This document shows positions 37,987-47,500 of a DNA stretch of 63,720 nucleotides, piece after piece. A model generated the notes under the pieces. That model ran no database searches. It was not told the DNA's origin and saw nothing but the letters and a program-made list of their open reading frames with translations. A program made the translations under genes and the position numbers. Source of the stretch: a virus. Taxonomy: Duplodnaviria; Caudoviricetes. The stretch is taken from IMG/VR virus record IMGVR_UViG_3300050015_000317, positions 1 to 63,720 of that record. The stretch is one strand, 5' to 3'. The number at the start of each line of letters is the position of its first letter. Within the stretch, counting starts at the first letter, position 1.

Positions 37987-38331
37987 ATGAGCGTTGCCAA
38001 TGTTCGTGCAGAGATTCGCGCGTCGCAAACCGTCATTGCCAAGACTGCCGCTTGCACACTGACCGCCGCCGAACTGGAGGACTTGGGCGTTATCCGTGGC
38101 ACGGCGACTTCCGGCTTCACCGTGACGCTGCCTGACCCGGCGACCATCGCGGCCAATACCGAGGCCAAGGTCGTCTGCGGCGGCACCGGCAGCATCCTTG
38201 TGTACTACTCCAGCGGCTTCGGCGGCAAGGGTGCCAGCTACGACACCGTGACGGTTTCGGAAGGCACGTACTGCACCTTGTTCGTGGACAACTCGAAGTG
38301 GTTCGCGCAGTACGCGACTGTTCCCGCCTAA
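37987..38331 (+). CDS. Virion structural protein
   Basis: FTVTLPDPA motif; strong RBS. Confidence 0.7.
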   Translation: MSVANVRAEIRASQTVIAKTAACTLTAAELEDLGVIRGTATSGFTVTLPDPATIAANTEAKVVCGGTGSILVYYSSGFGGKGASYDTVTVSEGTYCTLFVDNSKWFAQYATVPA

Positions 38332-38345
38332 CCGGAGCGAACTAA

Positions 38346-38609
38346 ATGTCGATTGATTGGCTCTTAGTGGAAGATCAGAACGAGCGGAAGGTCTGGAAAG
38401 AGGTCGATGGGACCGCCTACCAGAGAATCTACAACATGCCGACCGACTCTGGCACGGCCGATCTTCCGGAAGAGGGCGACATGATGCCGGGCGAGGACTA
38501 TTCGATGCTGGGGCCTTTCCTGGAACGGGGTGGAATCAGCTTCCGGCAACAAAAAGGCGGGGCGCGCCAGCAGGCAGTAATGAAGTTCAAACTTCTGGCA
38601 ACGAGATAG
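38346..38609 (+). CDS. Structural protein
   Basis: RBS GGAG; LPEEGD motif. Confidence 0.6.
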   Translation: MSIDWLLVEDQNERKVWKEVDGTAYQRIYNMPTDSGTADLPEEGDMMPGEDYSMLGPFLERGGISFRQQKGGARQQAVMKFKLLATR

Positions 38610-38617
38610 GGGAAATC

Positions 38618-38884
38618 ATGGGAACTGCTGTTGAACTAGCCGGGCGCGTCAAGGATAAGCGGCCTACCGCCTCCATCTACAACGTGCGGTATCTGGCAAC
38701 GAGCATGTCCGACACGGGGCTTCCAACCGTGGGTGGCACGGGCTTGACGCTGGACGTGGGCGACACAACCACTGTGCGGCCGATCTGTCAAGGCTTCAAG
38801 AAGGACGAACTTCGTTATCCGAAACGCGTCCTGGTCTTAGCCGTCTTTGAGTCGCCGTTCACGCGCACGGAGTTCCAAGCTTGA
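38618..38884 (+). CDS. Structural protein (possible paralog of the upstream gene)
   Basis: RBS AGGGG; IYN...DTGLPTVG echoes IYN...ADLPEEG. Confidence 0.55.
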   Translation: MGTAVELAGRVKDKRPTASIYNVRYLATSMSDTGLPTVGGTGLTLDVGDTTTVRPICQGFKKDELRYPKRVLVLAVFESPFTRTEFQA

Positions 38885-39822
38885 GCGACGTACTGACTCA
38901 ATACGAGATGATCCGCGCGATCTTGCCCGAAACCAGGGGGCGCGGGGGATGGCGGGGCCAGCGAGTCTTTGAGATTCCAAGGGAACTCGTAGACTCGCTG
39001 GTGCCTGCCGATGGCACGCCGTGGCCCGACCCTGTTCGGGACGTGAACAAGCAGCCCGTCGTCGTGGGCCACGTCCTGCAACGGGACTATCCCAAGCGCA
39101 AGACCCATTGCCGCCTGACCGTCATGTACAAGACTCTGACATGGCTGGAGGTGCTGGAACAGCGGCCTAACAAGGGCGTACTGTCCATCCGGCACTACAC
39201 CGTGAACGAGCGGCTCAAGACCAAACCGGTCGAGGGATGGCCGGGGTTCAAGATGGCGTGGACGAATCCCTATGAGATCGGCGTCAAGAGGCCAGACATC
39301 GTTCACCGGGCGACTCCGATCCTTGAAGGCCCTGACCCGACTGACCCCACCGGCCAGTCCAAGTACGTCATCACGGCGGGTTCCAACATCGTGTCGCGTG
39401 GCATGATTCGGTTCATGCTCGACGCCGTGGTTTCTAATTATGCCACGTTCGTTACGCAGTTTCAGGACAAGCTCGGCTTCGCGTCCATCACGCCCATGTC
39501 GATGTTCTGGGGCGCTACCGGGCAGCGGCAGACGCGGCTCATGGCTATTGCCACGTCGCCCTACACGCGGAGCGACAAGCACCTGCACCGCGTCCAGTAT
39601 TACTTCCTGGGCAAGCCGGAAGGCTGGTCGCAATACTGCGAATCGACCAAGTACGAGAACCGGGCGATCCAGCAGGAAATTCTCGACTCGCTAAACGTGG
39701 GCACGGAACGTTTCTCCACGAAGCACCTGTGGTTGCCGACTTCCGACGTGATGCGGTGTGACCTGATGGAGTACGCCAACTTCTCCCCGATCAACTCAAT
39801 GGTAATGGGTGTGACGTGGTAA
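38881..39822 (+). CDS. Hypothetical tail protein
   Basis: TTGA-coupled long ORF in the structural operon. Confidence 0.65.
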   Translation: MSDVLTQYEMIRAILPETRGRGGWRGQRVFEIPRELVDSLVPADGTPWPDPVRDVNKQPVVVGHVLQRDYPKRKTHCRLTVMYKTLTWLEVLEQRPNKGVLSIRHYTVNERLKTKPVEGWPGFKMAWTNPYEIGVKRPDIVHRATPILEGPDPTDPTGQSKYVITAGSNIVSRGMIRFMLDAVVSNYATFVTQFQDKLGFASITPMSMFWGATGQRQTRLMAIATSPYTRSDKHLHRVQYYFLGKPEGWSQYCESTKYENRAIQQEILDSLNVGTERFSTKHLWLPTSDVMRCDLMEYANFSPINSMVMGVTW

Positions 39823-41195
39823 ACGAACTAGAACACTATGAGGAAGATGCGGAAACACCTCCAGCGGCGCAGGGCGCGGATGCCGAGCAGGCGGCGTTGC
39901 CTTCGGAGGAGGCTACCCCGGAGGAGCAGTCGCCGGAACTAGACACGGCTGAACCCGACGCGCCCGTGACTCCGCAGGACGATGGCGAACCCGAACCGCA
40001 GTTTGTGGACATCCTGGGTGACGAGGACGCGATAGACCTTGACCCGCTGGCCGGTCTGCCGCCCGAAGCTCGTGCGTGGCTCATGGGCGACGACGAGGAG
40101 CTTCCCGACGAATCTGGCCCGATGGATACAGGCGATATCGAGATTGAGCCTGGCGACGGCATTGAGATTTCGCAGGACGGCAGGCGTTTTATCATCGGCC
40201 TGTCGCGCGAGCCTGACGAGAACGACGCGCAGCCCGATATCCCGCTGCCGAGTTTCCGCGCCGTTATCTTTGCGACGGGGCCAACCGGGGAAGTCGATTC
40301 GACCGACGCGCGGTACTGGTTCAAGGCCGTCGATTGCTCCAACACGGACACCTTGAGCGAGAGCAAGCAGACCTACGCGGTAATTCCCACGACGGACGAG
40401 ATGAACCTGTGGGCCTGCGCTACGAACCTGGCCGAGCTTGCGGCGGGTACGCACACGCTGACGGCCGGGACGTACATCGACGTGTACCAGTTCCTAGGCC
40501 CCAAAGAGGAGATTCGGTACTACTTCACAGCCGGCGGCGGGGGGACAACTAAGTACTGCAAGGCGACGGCCAACTGGGACACCAGCGCGTATACCGTCAC
40601 GGCCAATCCGTGTAGCGACTACCTTGGCCTAATCGTTGACACCTCTACCGTGTTGACTGTCCATCTGCCATCCAATCCAGGCAACGATCCCAATGTTCGG
40701 ATCAATCAGGTTTTCGCCTACGCGCTCGACGGGGCTAGCAATGCCGTGGCTGATGGGCGCGTGCTTGATGACAAGATAGGTACGGTCAAGATTTGGGCGG
40801 TTGGATTGGCTGGAATTCCGTCTGGTTGGGCGATATGTGATGGTTCAAGCGGAACGGTGAACTTGAGTGGGCAATTCGTCGTCGGGTACGACAGCACGGA
40901 TGTTGATTTTAATACTATTGGTGCTTCGGGCGGGGCCAAGACACATGCGCACGCCAATCACGACGATCACACGATCACACTGGCGACGCACCACCACGAC
41001 GTTGTAATGATCGCCGAGGCGCAGCCGCAGGCTGGAAGTGGCTTCTGGGTTCCTGCTGGTATGGCATCTGGAGGAACGAACGCGACAACGAACAACATTG
41101 GCGGGGCAAGTTACGCTGTGGCCCACACGGCACACAGCACAGAGAACCACCTTCCCCCGTACTACGTCATGGTATTCATCCAGAGAATCAATTAA
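39816..41195 (+). CDS. Tail fibre protein with tail-collar domain and acidic N-terminus
   Basis: IPSGWAICDG..GTVNL..QFVVG collar motif; His-rich tip; HLPPYYVMVFIQR end. Confidence 0.8.
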   Translation: MVNELEHYEEDAETPPAAQGADAEQAALPSEEATPEEQSPELDTAEPDAPVTPQDDGEPEPQFVDILGDEDAIDLDPLAGLPPEARAWLMGDDEELPDESGPMDTGDIEIEPGDGIEISQDGRRFIIGLSREPDENDAQPDIPLPSFRAVIFATGPTGEVDSTDARYWFKAVDCSNTDTLSESKQTYAVIPTTDEMNLWACATNLAELAAGTHTLTAGTYIDVYQFLGPKEEIRYYFTAGGGGTTKYCKATANWDTSAYTVTANPCSDYLGLIVDTSTVLTVHLPSNPGNDPNVRINQVFAYALDGASNAVADGRVLDDKIGTVKIWAVGLAGIPSGWAICDGSSGTVNLSGQFVVGYDSTDVDFNTIGASGGAKTHAHANHDDHTITLATHHHDVVMIAEAQPQAGSGFWVPAGMASGGTNATTNNIGGASYAVAHTAHSTENHLPPYYVMVFIQRIN

Positions 41196-41482
41196 TTGGC
41201 CTTGATGTATTCGCCATCGACCCACACAGGATACTTGGTGCCGTATCCCTCTGGATACTCGATGCGATACTTCCACTGGAACGGATTCAGGCACAGGCCA
41301 ACGTATTCCAACTGTGACTCTTTGATGGTGATGGGTACGGTTTCGCTGTCGGCCATGTAGATAGTCTTTATCGACACGACTTGGCCTGACTTGAACTGCG
41401 GAACGCCGGGAATAAGAACGAGTGCCGCGAGAGCCAGTGGGATAAGCACAGCCAACGCCCTGAACCAACCTGATTTCTTCAT
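41192..41482 (-). CDS. Moron: small exported/membrane protein
   Basis: Opposite strand, own promoter, N-terminal TM, lower GC. Confidence 0.75.
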   Translation of the reverse strand: MKKSGWFRALAVLIPLALAALVLIPGVPQFKSGQVVSIKTIYMADSETVPITIKESQLEYVGLCLNPFQWKYRIEYPEGYGTKYPVWVDGEYIKAN

Positions 41483-41502
41483 GTGTTGTCCCTTTCACCT
41501 TG

Positions 41503-41532
41503 ATTCTTAGCGCGCAACCGCAATTCTGTCAA
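41503..41532 (-). promoter_or_regulatory. Sigma70-type promoter of the moron
   Basis: TTGACA-17-TAAGAAT on the minus strand. Confidence 0.65.
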
Positions 41533-41569
41533 GTATTTTTCCTGAAAAACTTTCATCGAGGTTTACAAA

Positions 41570-42436
41570 ATGCCTAATACGATCTACCAAGGCGGCAGCG
41601 GGACGGGTTTAACCGCCACGTCCTACTCGACCAAGACGAACTATGTCGGCGGCACCGTACCCGTCAACGGCGACACCGTGTTTATCCCGGCGGCAGCGGC
41701 CTACGGGATTACCGGGATGAGCGCCACGGCCCTGCTTGCCGCCTTCCGCGAGGATGAGCGGTACACGGGCGCGATCGGCACGGCAACCGCGCCGCTATCG
41801 GTTGACACAGACGCGGCCGTTCTGGCCGGAACCGGCACACAGTTCATCAAGATTCGCAACTCGACTACGGTAGACGTGCTGGAGTGCGGCAGCGGCTCCA
41901 ACACCGCCTACGGACTATCGCTGACCGGCGCGGGCAATGCGGCCCTGCGGATCGCGGCTGGCGCTGGCACGGTGGGCGTTGCGGCCAATGCGGGCGAGAC
42001 GGGCGGGTTCACCGCCACGACCGTATCGACTGGAGAAGTGACGCTGGGCCTTGGCCTGACGACCTCGACGATCAACGTGGACGGCGGGGCGGTCGAAGTC
42101 CATTGCGGATCGTCCACGTTCAATCAGTTCGGCGGCCAGGTCCACTACGACGAAGGCAAGCCCGTCAACGTCAACCTTCGCGGCGGGACGCTCTACTACT
42201 CCACCGGCTCGACCTCCACAACGGTCAACCTCTACGCCGGCTCTGCGCTGGACGCGAGCCTGAACATGGCCGGGGCGGTCATCGGGACGCTCAAGATCAA
42301 CGCGCCCTGCACGATCAACGACCCGAACGGGCGGCTGACGTTCACCAATCCGGTCGAGTACCACGGAATCAACTACAAAGACGTGACGTGGAACCGGCCC
42401 GCGCACTTCAAGCTCGCTTACACAACCTTGGCATAG
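41570..42436 (+). CDS. Virion structural protein (beta-helix-like)
   Basis: Gly/Thr-rich repeated strands; RBS GAGGT. Confidence 0.7.
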   Translation: MPNTIYQGGSGTGLTATSYSTKTNYVGGTVPVNGDTVFIPAAAAYGITGMSATALLAAFREDERYTGAIGTATAPLSVDTDAAVLAGTGTQFIKIRNSTTVDVLECGSGSNTAYGLSLTGAGNAALRIAAGAGTVGVAANAGETGGFTATTVSTGEVTLGLGLTTSTINVDGGAVEVHCGSSTFNQFGGQVHYDEGKPVNVNLRGGTLYYSTGSTSTTVNLYAGSALDASLNMAGAVIGTLKINAPCTINDPNGRLTFTNPVEYHGINYKDVTWNRPAHFKLAYTTLA

Positions 42437-42457
42437 CATCGCCTTCGGGGGAACCTC

Positions 42458-44599
42458 ATGCCGATTTCCACTATTGGGCCACTCAAGCGCCGACTCCTCA
42501 ACGGCCTCACGGTTGACGAAGAGGTGGACGGCGCGCCGACACAACTCGCTTCTGGCAGTTCAGCCACGAAGCGGATGCAGGCGATTGCCGCGCTCTCGCT
42601 GGACGGCTCGCAGCCAAACTACGGAACGACCGCCACGGATAGCAACCGGCAGGCCGCGGACGCAGCGCGACGCGCCGTGGATTTGCGGGCGCAGGCAATG
42701 CAGGGCATTGATGACAGCGCCCCTTACGCGCCGCCGGCAACCCCGATTCAGCAGCCCAAGATCGGATCGCTGGGGTACGCGCAGCAGGTGCAGGCTCCGG
42801 CCATCCGCGCGTCCTTGCAGTCCGCGACCCTGCCGCAGACGACCGACGCCGCCTACGCCGACTTGATGGCTCGAACCGCGCCAACTTCCGGCACGGTCAA
42901 CATCAACGGTTTGTCACAGGATGAGATCGACGCCCGGTACAAGGCACTGCACAACCCCGGCTCTGTGACGCTGAATGCGGCCAACACCGATAGCCCGCTG
43001 GCGCAGGAACACTTGAAGGAAATCGCGGCCAAGCGGCAGGCGCAGGAGGATATGGCAGACCCGAACCTGTCCGAGACTGACCGCAAGGCGTACCAGGATC
43101 GCATTAATCTGGCCGATCAGCGGATGGGCGACCTTAAGGTGGCGATGGGCGCACCGGCCCCGACGTTCCAGGGCGGGAGTTCGCAATTCGGCGCATCCGA
43201 CCAGACGGCGGGCGCGTCGTACCAGGGGGCAATCAGGCAACGCGACTTGTCCGAACGGTTGGCCAATGACGCCACGCTTCTGCCAGCGACCCGCGAGGCA
43301 CATCGTAAGGCAGCGGCACAGGCGCAGGCGACCATCGACGCCACAACCCCGGCGCAGAGAGTAGCGGCCGACAGCGATGGCCAAGTCTTGCCCGTCAACT
43401 TCATCCTGAAGCGAATGGCTATCGAAGCCGCCAAGGTGCGCGCCGACCAGACTGGGCAGACGCAGGCGGTATCGAGCGGATCGTCCTGGGGATTCGATCA
43501 GGGCGTGGTGGGCACGGGCCGAATGATACCCGGCCAACCCGCGTCGCCGATTCTGTCCGGCAAACCCATGACGGCGACCGAACGCCTCAACGACCTGGCC
43601 ACGCCGCAACTTGGCAACCCGTGGGGCACGCCTGCCCGCCAGCAGACCTACACCTCGCCAAGCCCACTTATGCCCGGAACGGCCCCCATCGGCGGCTTCC
43701 CGCACATGGCCGAGGAGGATTTGCCAGGCGGCAAGCAACTCTGGAAGACCGCTTCCGCACCCGCCCGCCAACAGATTGACGCGGCTATCCGGCGCGGCAA
43801 GTGGGACGACGCCCGCACGATGGCGGCGAAGTACATCCTGTCCATCGACCCGGCTGACTACAGCGACGACAAAGACCTGTACGGAATAGTGACAAGCCTG
43901 CAAGCCTACGTCAAACAGGGCAAGAACCCGCTGAACGTCTACAAGGCGGTTAATGACCGCATGGATATGTTCGTTACGGGCAAGGTGCCGCAGAAGCACG
44001 TCCTGGCGGCAAGGACCCGGCAGCAGGACACTCGGCAGGCGAAGGTGGATTCCGACAAGCAGGCAAATGTGACTCGCGTCCAGAACCAGAAGGACTACGA
44101 CAAGAAGAAAGAGACGTTCAAGACGCTGGACGACCAGTACAACTCCGCCTATCGACTGAGCATGGCGTTTGAGACTGCGAGTAGAAACAAGAGTTTCAAA
44201 GCCACTCCAAAGCCAGAAGACAACGTGTGGCACGTCCAACATCCTGATGACCCAACGACGATGATCACACTGACTGGAGACCAGACATTTGACGCGGCCA
44301 AGGCCGCTGCCAAAGCCAACGCCGAGCGACTGTTCGCGGAAAAGAATGCGGCCGGGAAAGAACTGAACGCCGCCTATGCGGAGTTGACCGGCAAGCCCTA
44401 CGTTCCGCCAGCACAACCCGGCGCTACCGAGACGGCCAAGCCCACGCCAACCGCACAACCGCAGGCCGCTCCCGTTGCCGCGCCGCAGCCTGCACCCAAG
44501 CCCCTTACACCCGAACTCGTGGCACAACTGAAACAGCAGTTCCCGAACAACAAGGATGCCGCCCGCCAGTGGCTCATCAATAACGGATACGAGAACTAA
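42458..44599 (+). CDS. Putative internal virion (ejection) protein
   Basis: Ala/Gln-rich helical 713-aa protein preceding the giant protein. Confidence 0.6.
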   Translation: MPISTIGPLKRRLLNGLTVDEEVDGAPTQLASGSSATKRMQAIAALSLDGSQPNYGTTATDSNRQAADAARRAVDLRAQAMQGIDDSAPYAPPATPIQQPKIGSLGYAQQVQAPAIRASLQSATLPQTTDAAYADLMARTAPTSGTVNINGLSQDEIDARYKALHNPGSVTLNAANTDSPLAQEHLKEIAAKRQAQEDMADPNLSETDRKAYQDRINLADQRMGDLKVAMGAPAPTFQGGSSQFGASDQTAGASYQGAIRQRDLSERLANDATLLPATREAHRKAAAQAQATIDATTPAQRVAADSDGQVLPVNFILKRMAIEAAKVRADQTGQTQAVSSGSSWGFDQGVVGTGRMIPGQPASPILSGKPMTATERLNDLATPQLGNPWGTPARQQTYTSPSPLMPGTAPIGGFPHMAEEDLPGGKQLWKTASAPARQQIDAAIRRGKWDDARTMAAKYILSIDPADYSDDKDLYGIVTSLQAYVKQGKNPLNVYKAVNDRMDMFVTGKVPQKHVLAARTRQQDTRQAKVDSDKQANVTRVQNQKDYDKKKETFKTLDDQYNSAYRLSMAFETASRNKSFKATPKPEDNVWHVQHPDDPTTMITLTGDQTFDAAKAAAKANAERLFAEKNAAGKELNAAYAELTGKPYVPPAQPGATETAKPTPTAQPQAAPVAAPQPAPKPLTPELVAQLKQQFPNNKDAARQWLINNGYEN

Positions 44600-47500
44600 A
44601 TGGGCAAACTAGACGAAATGTGGGATTCGACCGGCGCTGTTGCCGTTGCGCCTGCACCGTCCAAGTTGGATGCCATGTGGGACGCTACCCCTGCGCCCGT
44701 GACGGCCCTGGTTGCCTCTGCGCCCGACGCTCCTCGCGGCATGATTGAACCCCCGACGCTGGACCTGAGCAATCGGCCGCGAGTGAGAAACGCAGATGGT
44801 TCAATTTCCACTATTCGCAGCATCGGCGTGGATGTGGATGGTAAACAGGTCTTGATTCCTACAGTCAGCGATGATGGCCGGATTATGTCCAACAAGGAGG
44901 CGGTTCAGGCGTACCGAACCACAGGTAAGCATCTGGGAACCTACGCCACCCAAGCCGATGTGGACGCCGCCGGACAGTTCTGGCACGACAAGGAGCAGGC
45001 GAAGCTGAACGCCACTCCCCGCGACCAGTTCGGGCAGACGATGGAGGATAGGCCAGCGCAGCCGAGCATGGCCGCGCCCGAAGCGGCCCCGTTGACCACC
45101 AGCCCCGGCATTGCGGCGGAAGATAGCACTGGCGCGGACGTGCGGGAGGTCAAGGATCTTGTGCAACAGATTGTACTCCCTGCTCAGGAGGCGGTCACGA
45201 AGCATTCACTGGGCGGCACAGAGGGCGTCGAGCAGTCCATGACTGCCGCCATTAAGCCCGACGCCGAGAAGGACGCGAACGCGCAGATAGCCGTCCGAGA
45301 GATGCTCAACACGCACAAGCGAGTCCGTCCCGGATGGGTTGAGGGCCTTGGCCGCGTGGTCGATGTTATTCCCGGCGGCCAGATCGGGCAGGACTTGACA
45401 GCCAGGGCCAAGGGCGAACAAACCTACGCCCAGCAGATCGCGGAGGCCGCGCAGATCGGACACGGCGAACCCATCGACGCCGAGGCCGTGGGCCGGATGC
45501 TGGCCGTCGCGTCCAAGTTGCCGCAGGTCGAACAGGTCAACGCTTTTGCGACCATTCGGGCGCTCCCGGCCTACCGACAGGCCACGCAGGACTACATCGC
45601 GGGCAAGTACCCGGTCTACTCGTGGACAAGAGATTTCGCCAAGCAGCCAGAAGCGCAGACTGTAGAGGAGAAGGGCGCTGATATTGGTGCTGGACTTCTA
45701 GCCTTCATGGGTGCCCAAAGGACGTTTGGTTCAATGCTGGGCGAAGGTGGAGGCCTGGTCAAGAACATGACCTCGATGGAACTGGCTTCACAGTACACGT
45801 CGTCCGGGCAAGCCAAACTTGGCGAAGGTGCGGCGCTGGGTGCCGCCTATGAGATTCCAACCGCCATCGCGTCCAAGATGCCCGGCCCGGCATGGATGAA
45901 GGCGGGTGCCGCAGTTATTCTGGGCTACATCGTCGGTTCCGGCACGGCCAAAATCGGAGGGGCCGACGACGTTACGACCACCATCATGGGGCTTATGGGC
46001 GCTGGCATGTCGCCGCTGGCCATCCGCAAATCGATCAAGAAGACGCACCCCGAAGTTCCCGATGCGGTCATTGACGCGGCAATCAATCAGCCCAAAGAAG
46101 TCTTCGACGCGGCCAAAGCCAAGATCGAGGCGTCCCAAACCGCCCAACCTGCGCCCAACACGTCAGGATCGACGATAGAATCTACCCCTGCGGCGGGCCA
46201 ACCTGCGCCCGATAGTGTCACTCAACATGCACAGCAGCCTGGAAACGGCCTTGTAACGCCCGAAGCAGCCGCGCCGGTGGAGACGCCCAGGGTTGTGGCG
46301 CTCAAGGAAGCCTTGTCTACCGCCACTACGTCCGATAACGCTTCGGCGATAGCTGAGGCGATTGCCAAGGAAAAGGCGGTCGAGCCTGCCCCGGTTTCAC
46401 CGCTTGGCGAAACAGCGGCAAAGAGCGAAACGCCGGTCGAGCCAACTAGTAAGGAATCCTTACAAGTTCAAGAACCCGCCCTTGACAAACCGGCCGCCCC
46501 GCCGTGGAGCGCGCAGCGGGAATCTGCTACAATATCCCCCGTGACGCCCACAGAAGGGGCAGGCCGCACAACCCCGCCAGAGGAAACGCCCCAAGCGGCC
46601 GGCGGGAAAGGTACAGCACATCTTGATCGCGTTCGAGCGCGGGGTTTCTGGACCGTCCGCGACGTGCTTGATGAACTAAAGGCGCAAGGCGTCACGCTTG
46701 GCAAAGGTGAGTATCTGCGCTTTGACCCAGAGGATTTGTCGGTTGGACAAGACCTTAAGACCTCGCGGGTTTGGGATGATGGAAAGCCGACTGATCGGAC
46801 TAAGAAAGGAACGAGCGCACTCGACCCGTCCGCATATCAGTACGAATATCACAAGGATACGCACTACGCGGGCAAGGTCTACATCGTCAAGGGTACGTCA
46901 GCTCGCAAGGGGTTCGATCCAGCCGAAGTAGTTGTTCAAAATGCCAAGGTTGTCCGCAGGATAAACCTTCCTGATTCTTTTAGTCCATCCGCCCGGCCGG
47001 AATCGCCGGGCGAGTCTGCGCCCGTGACCAAAACTGCCGGCACTCCTGAACAAGTGCAGGAAGAAGTATCCACGGGGGCGAAGAAGGAATACCGCTACCG
47101 CCTCACCCTGCGCCCCGCCAGCACCGCCAACACGCCAGGGGGCGCTGTTCGCTTTGAGGACGATGGCTCGCAGTTCGGCGTTGCGGTCTACGACAAACCT
47201 TTGGCACAGAGCGCCCAGAAGCAGTTTGCGATGGAGCCGCTTGACCCGCTAGACCCCGCCAATGTGAAGAAGGGGTTTGACAATGCCATTGCCGCAATCG
47301 ACAAGGAGGCTGACTACGGCGAACAGAGTTGGCAGCAGAAAGAGGGCTTGTACTCTCCAGACACACGGCGTGGCGGCGAGGCGTGGAGGCTGACATACTT
47401 TGATGCAGCCGGGAAACCCACCGGACACACAGAGTTCAGTTCCTACCAAGAGGCCAGAGATTACGCTGCTTCGCAGAGGAACGCTGCCGCACCTGTTCCT

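Noticed and set aside
42914-44527. 537-aa minus-strand ORF and similar long antisense ORFs (e.g. 26284-27345, 19172-20089)
   Set aside because: Antisense shadows expected from GC-rich codon bias; no motifs or RBS support
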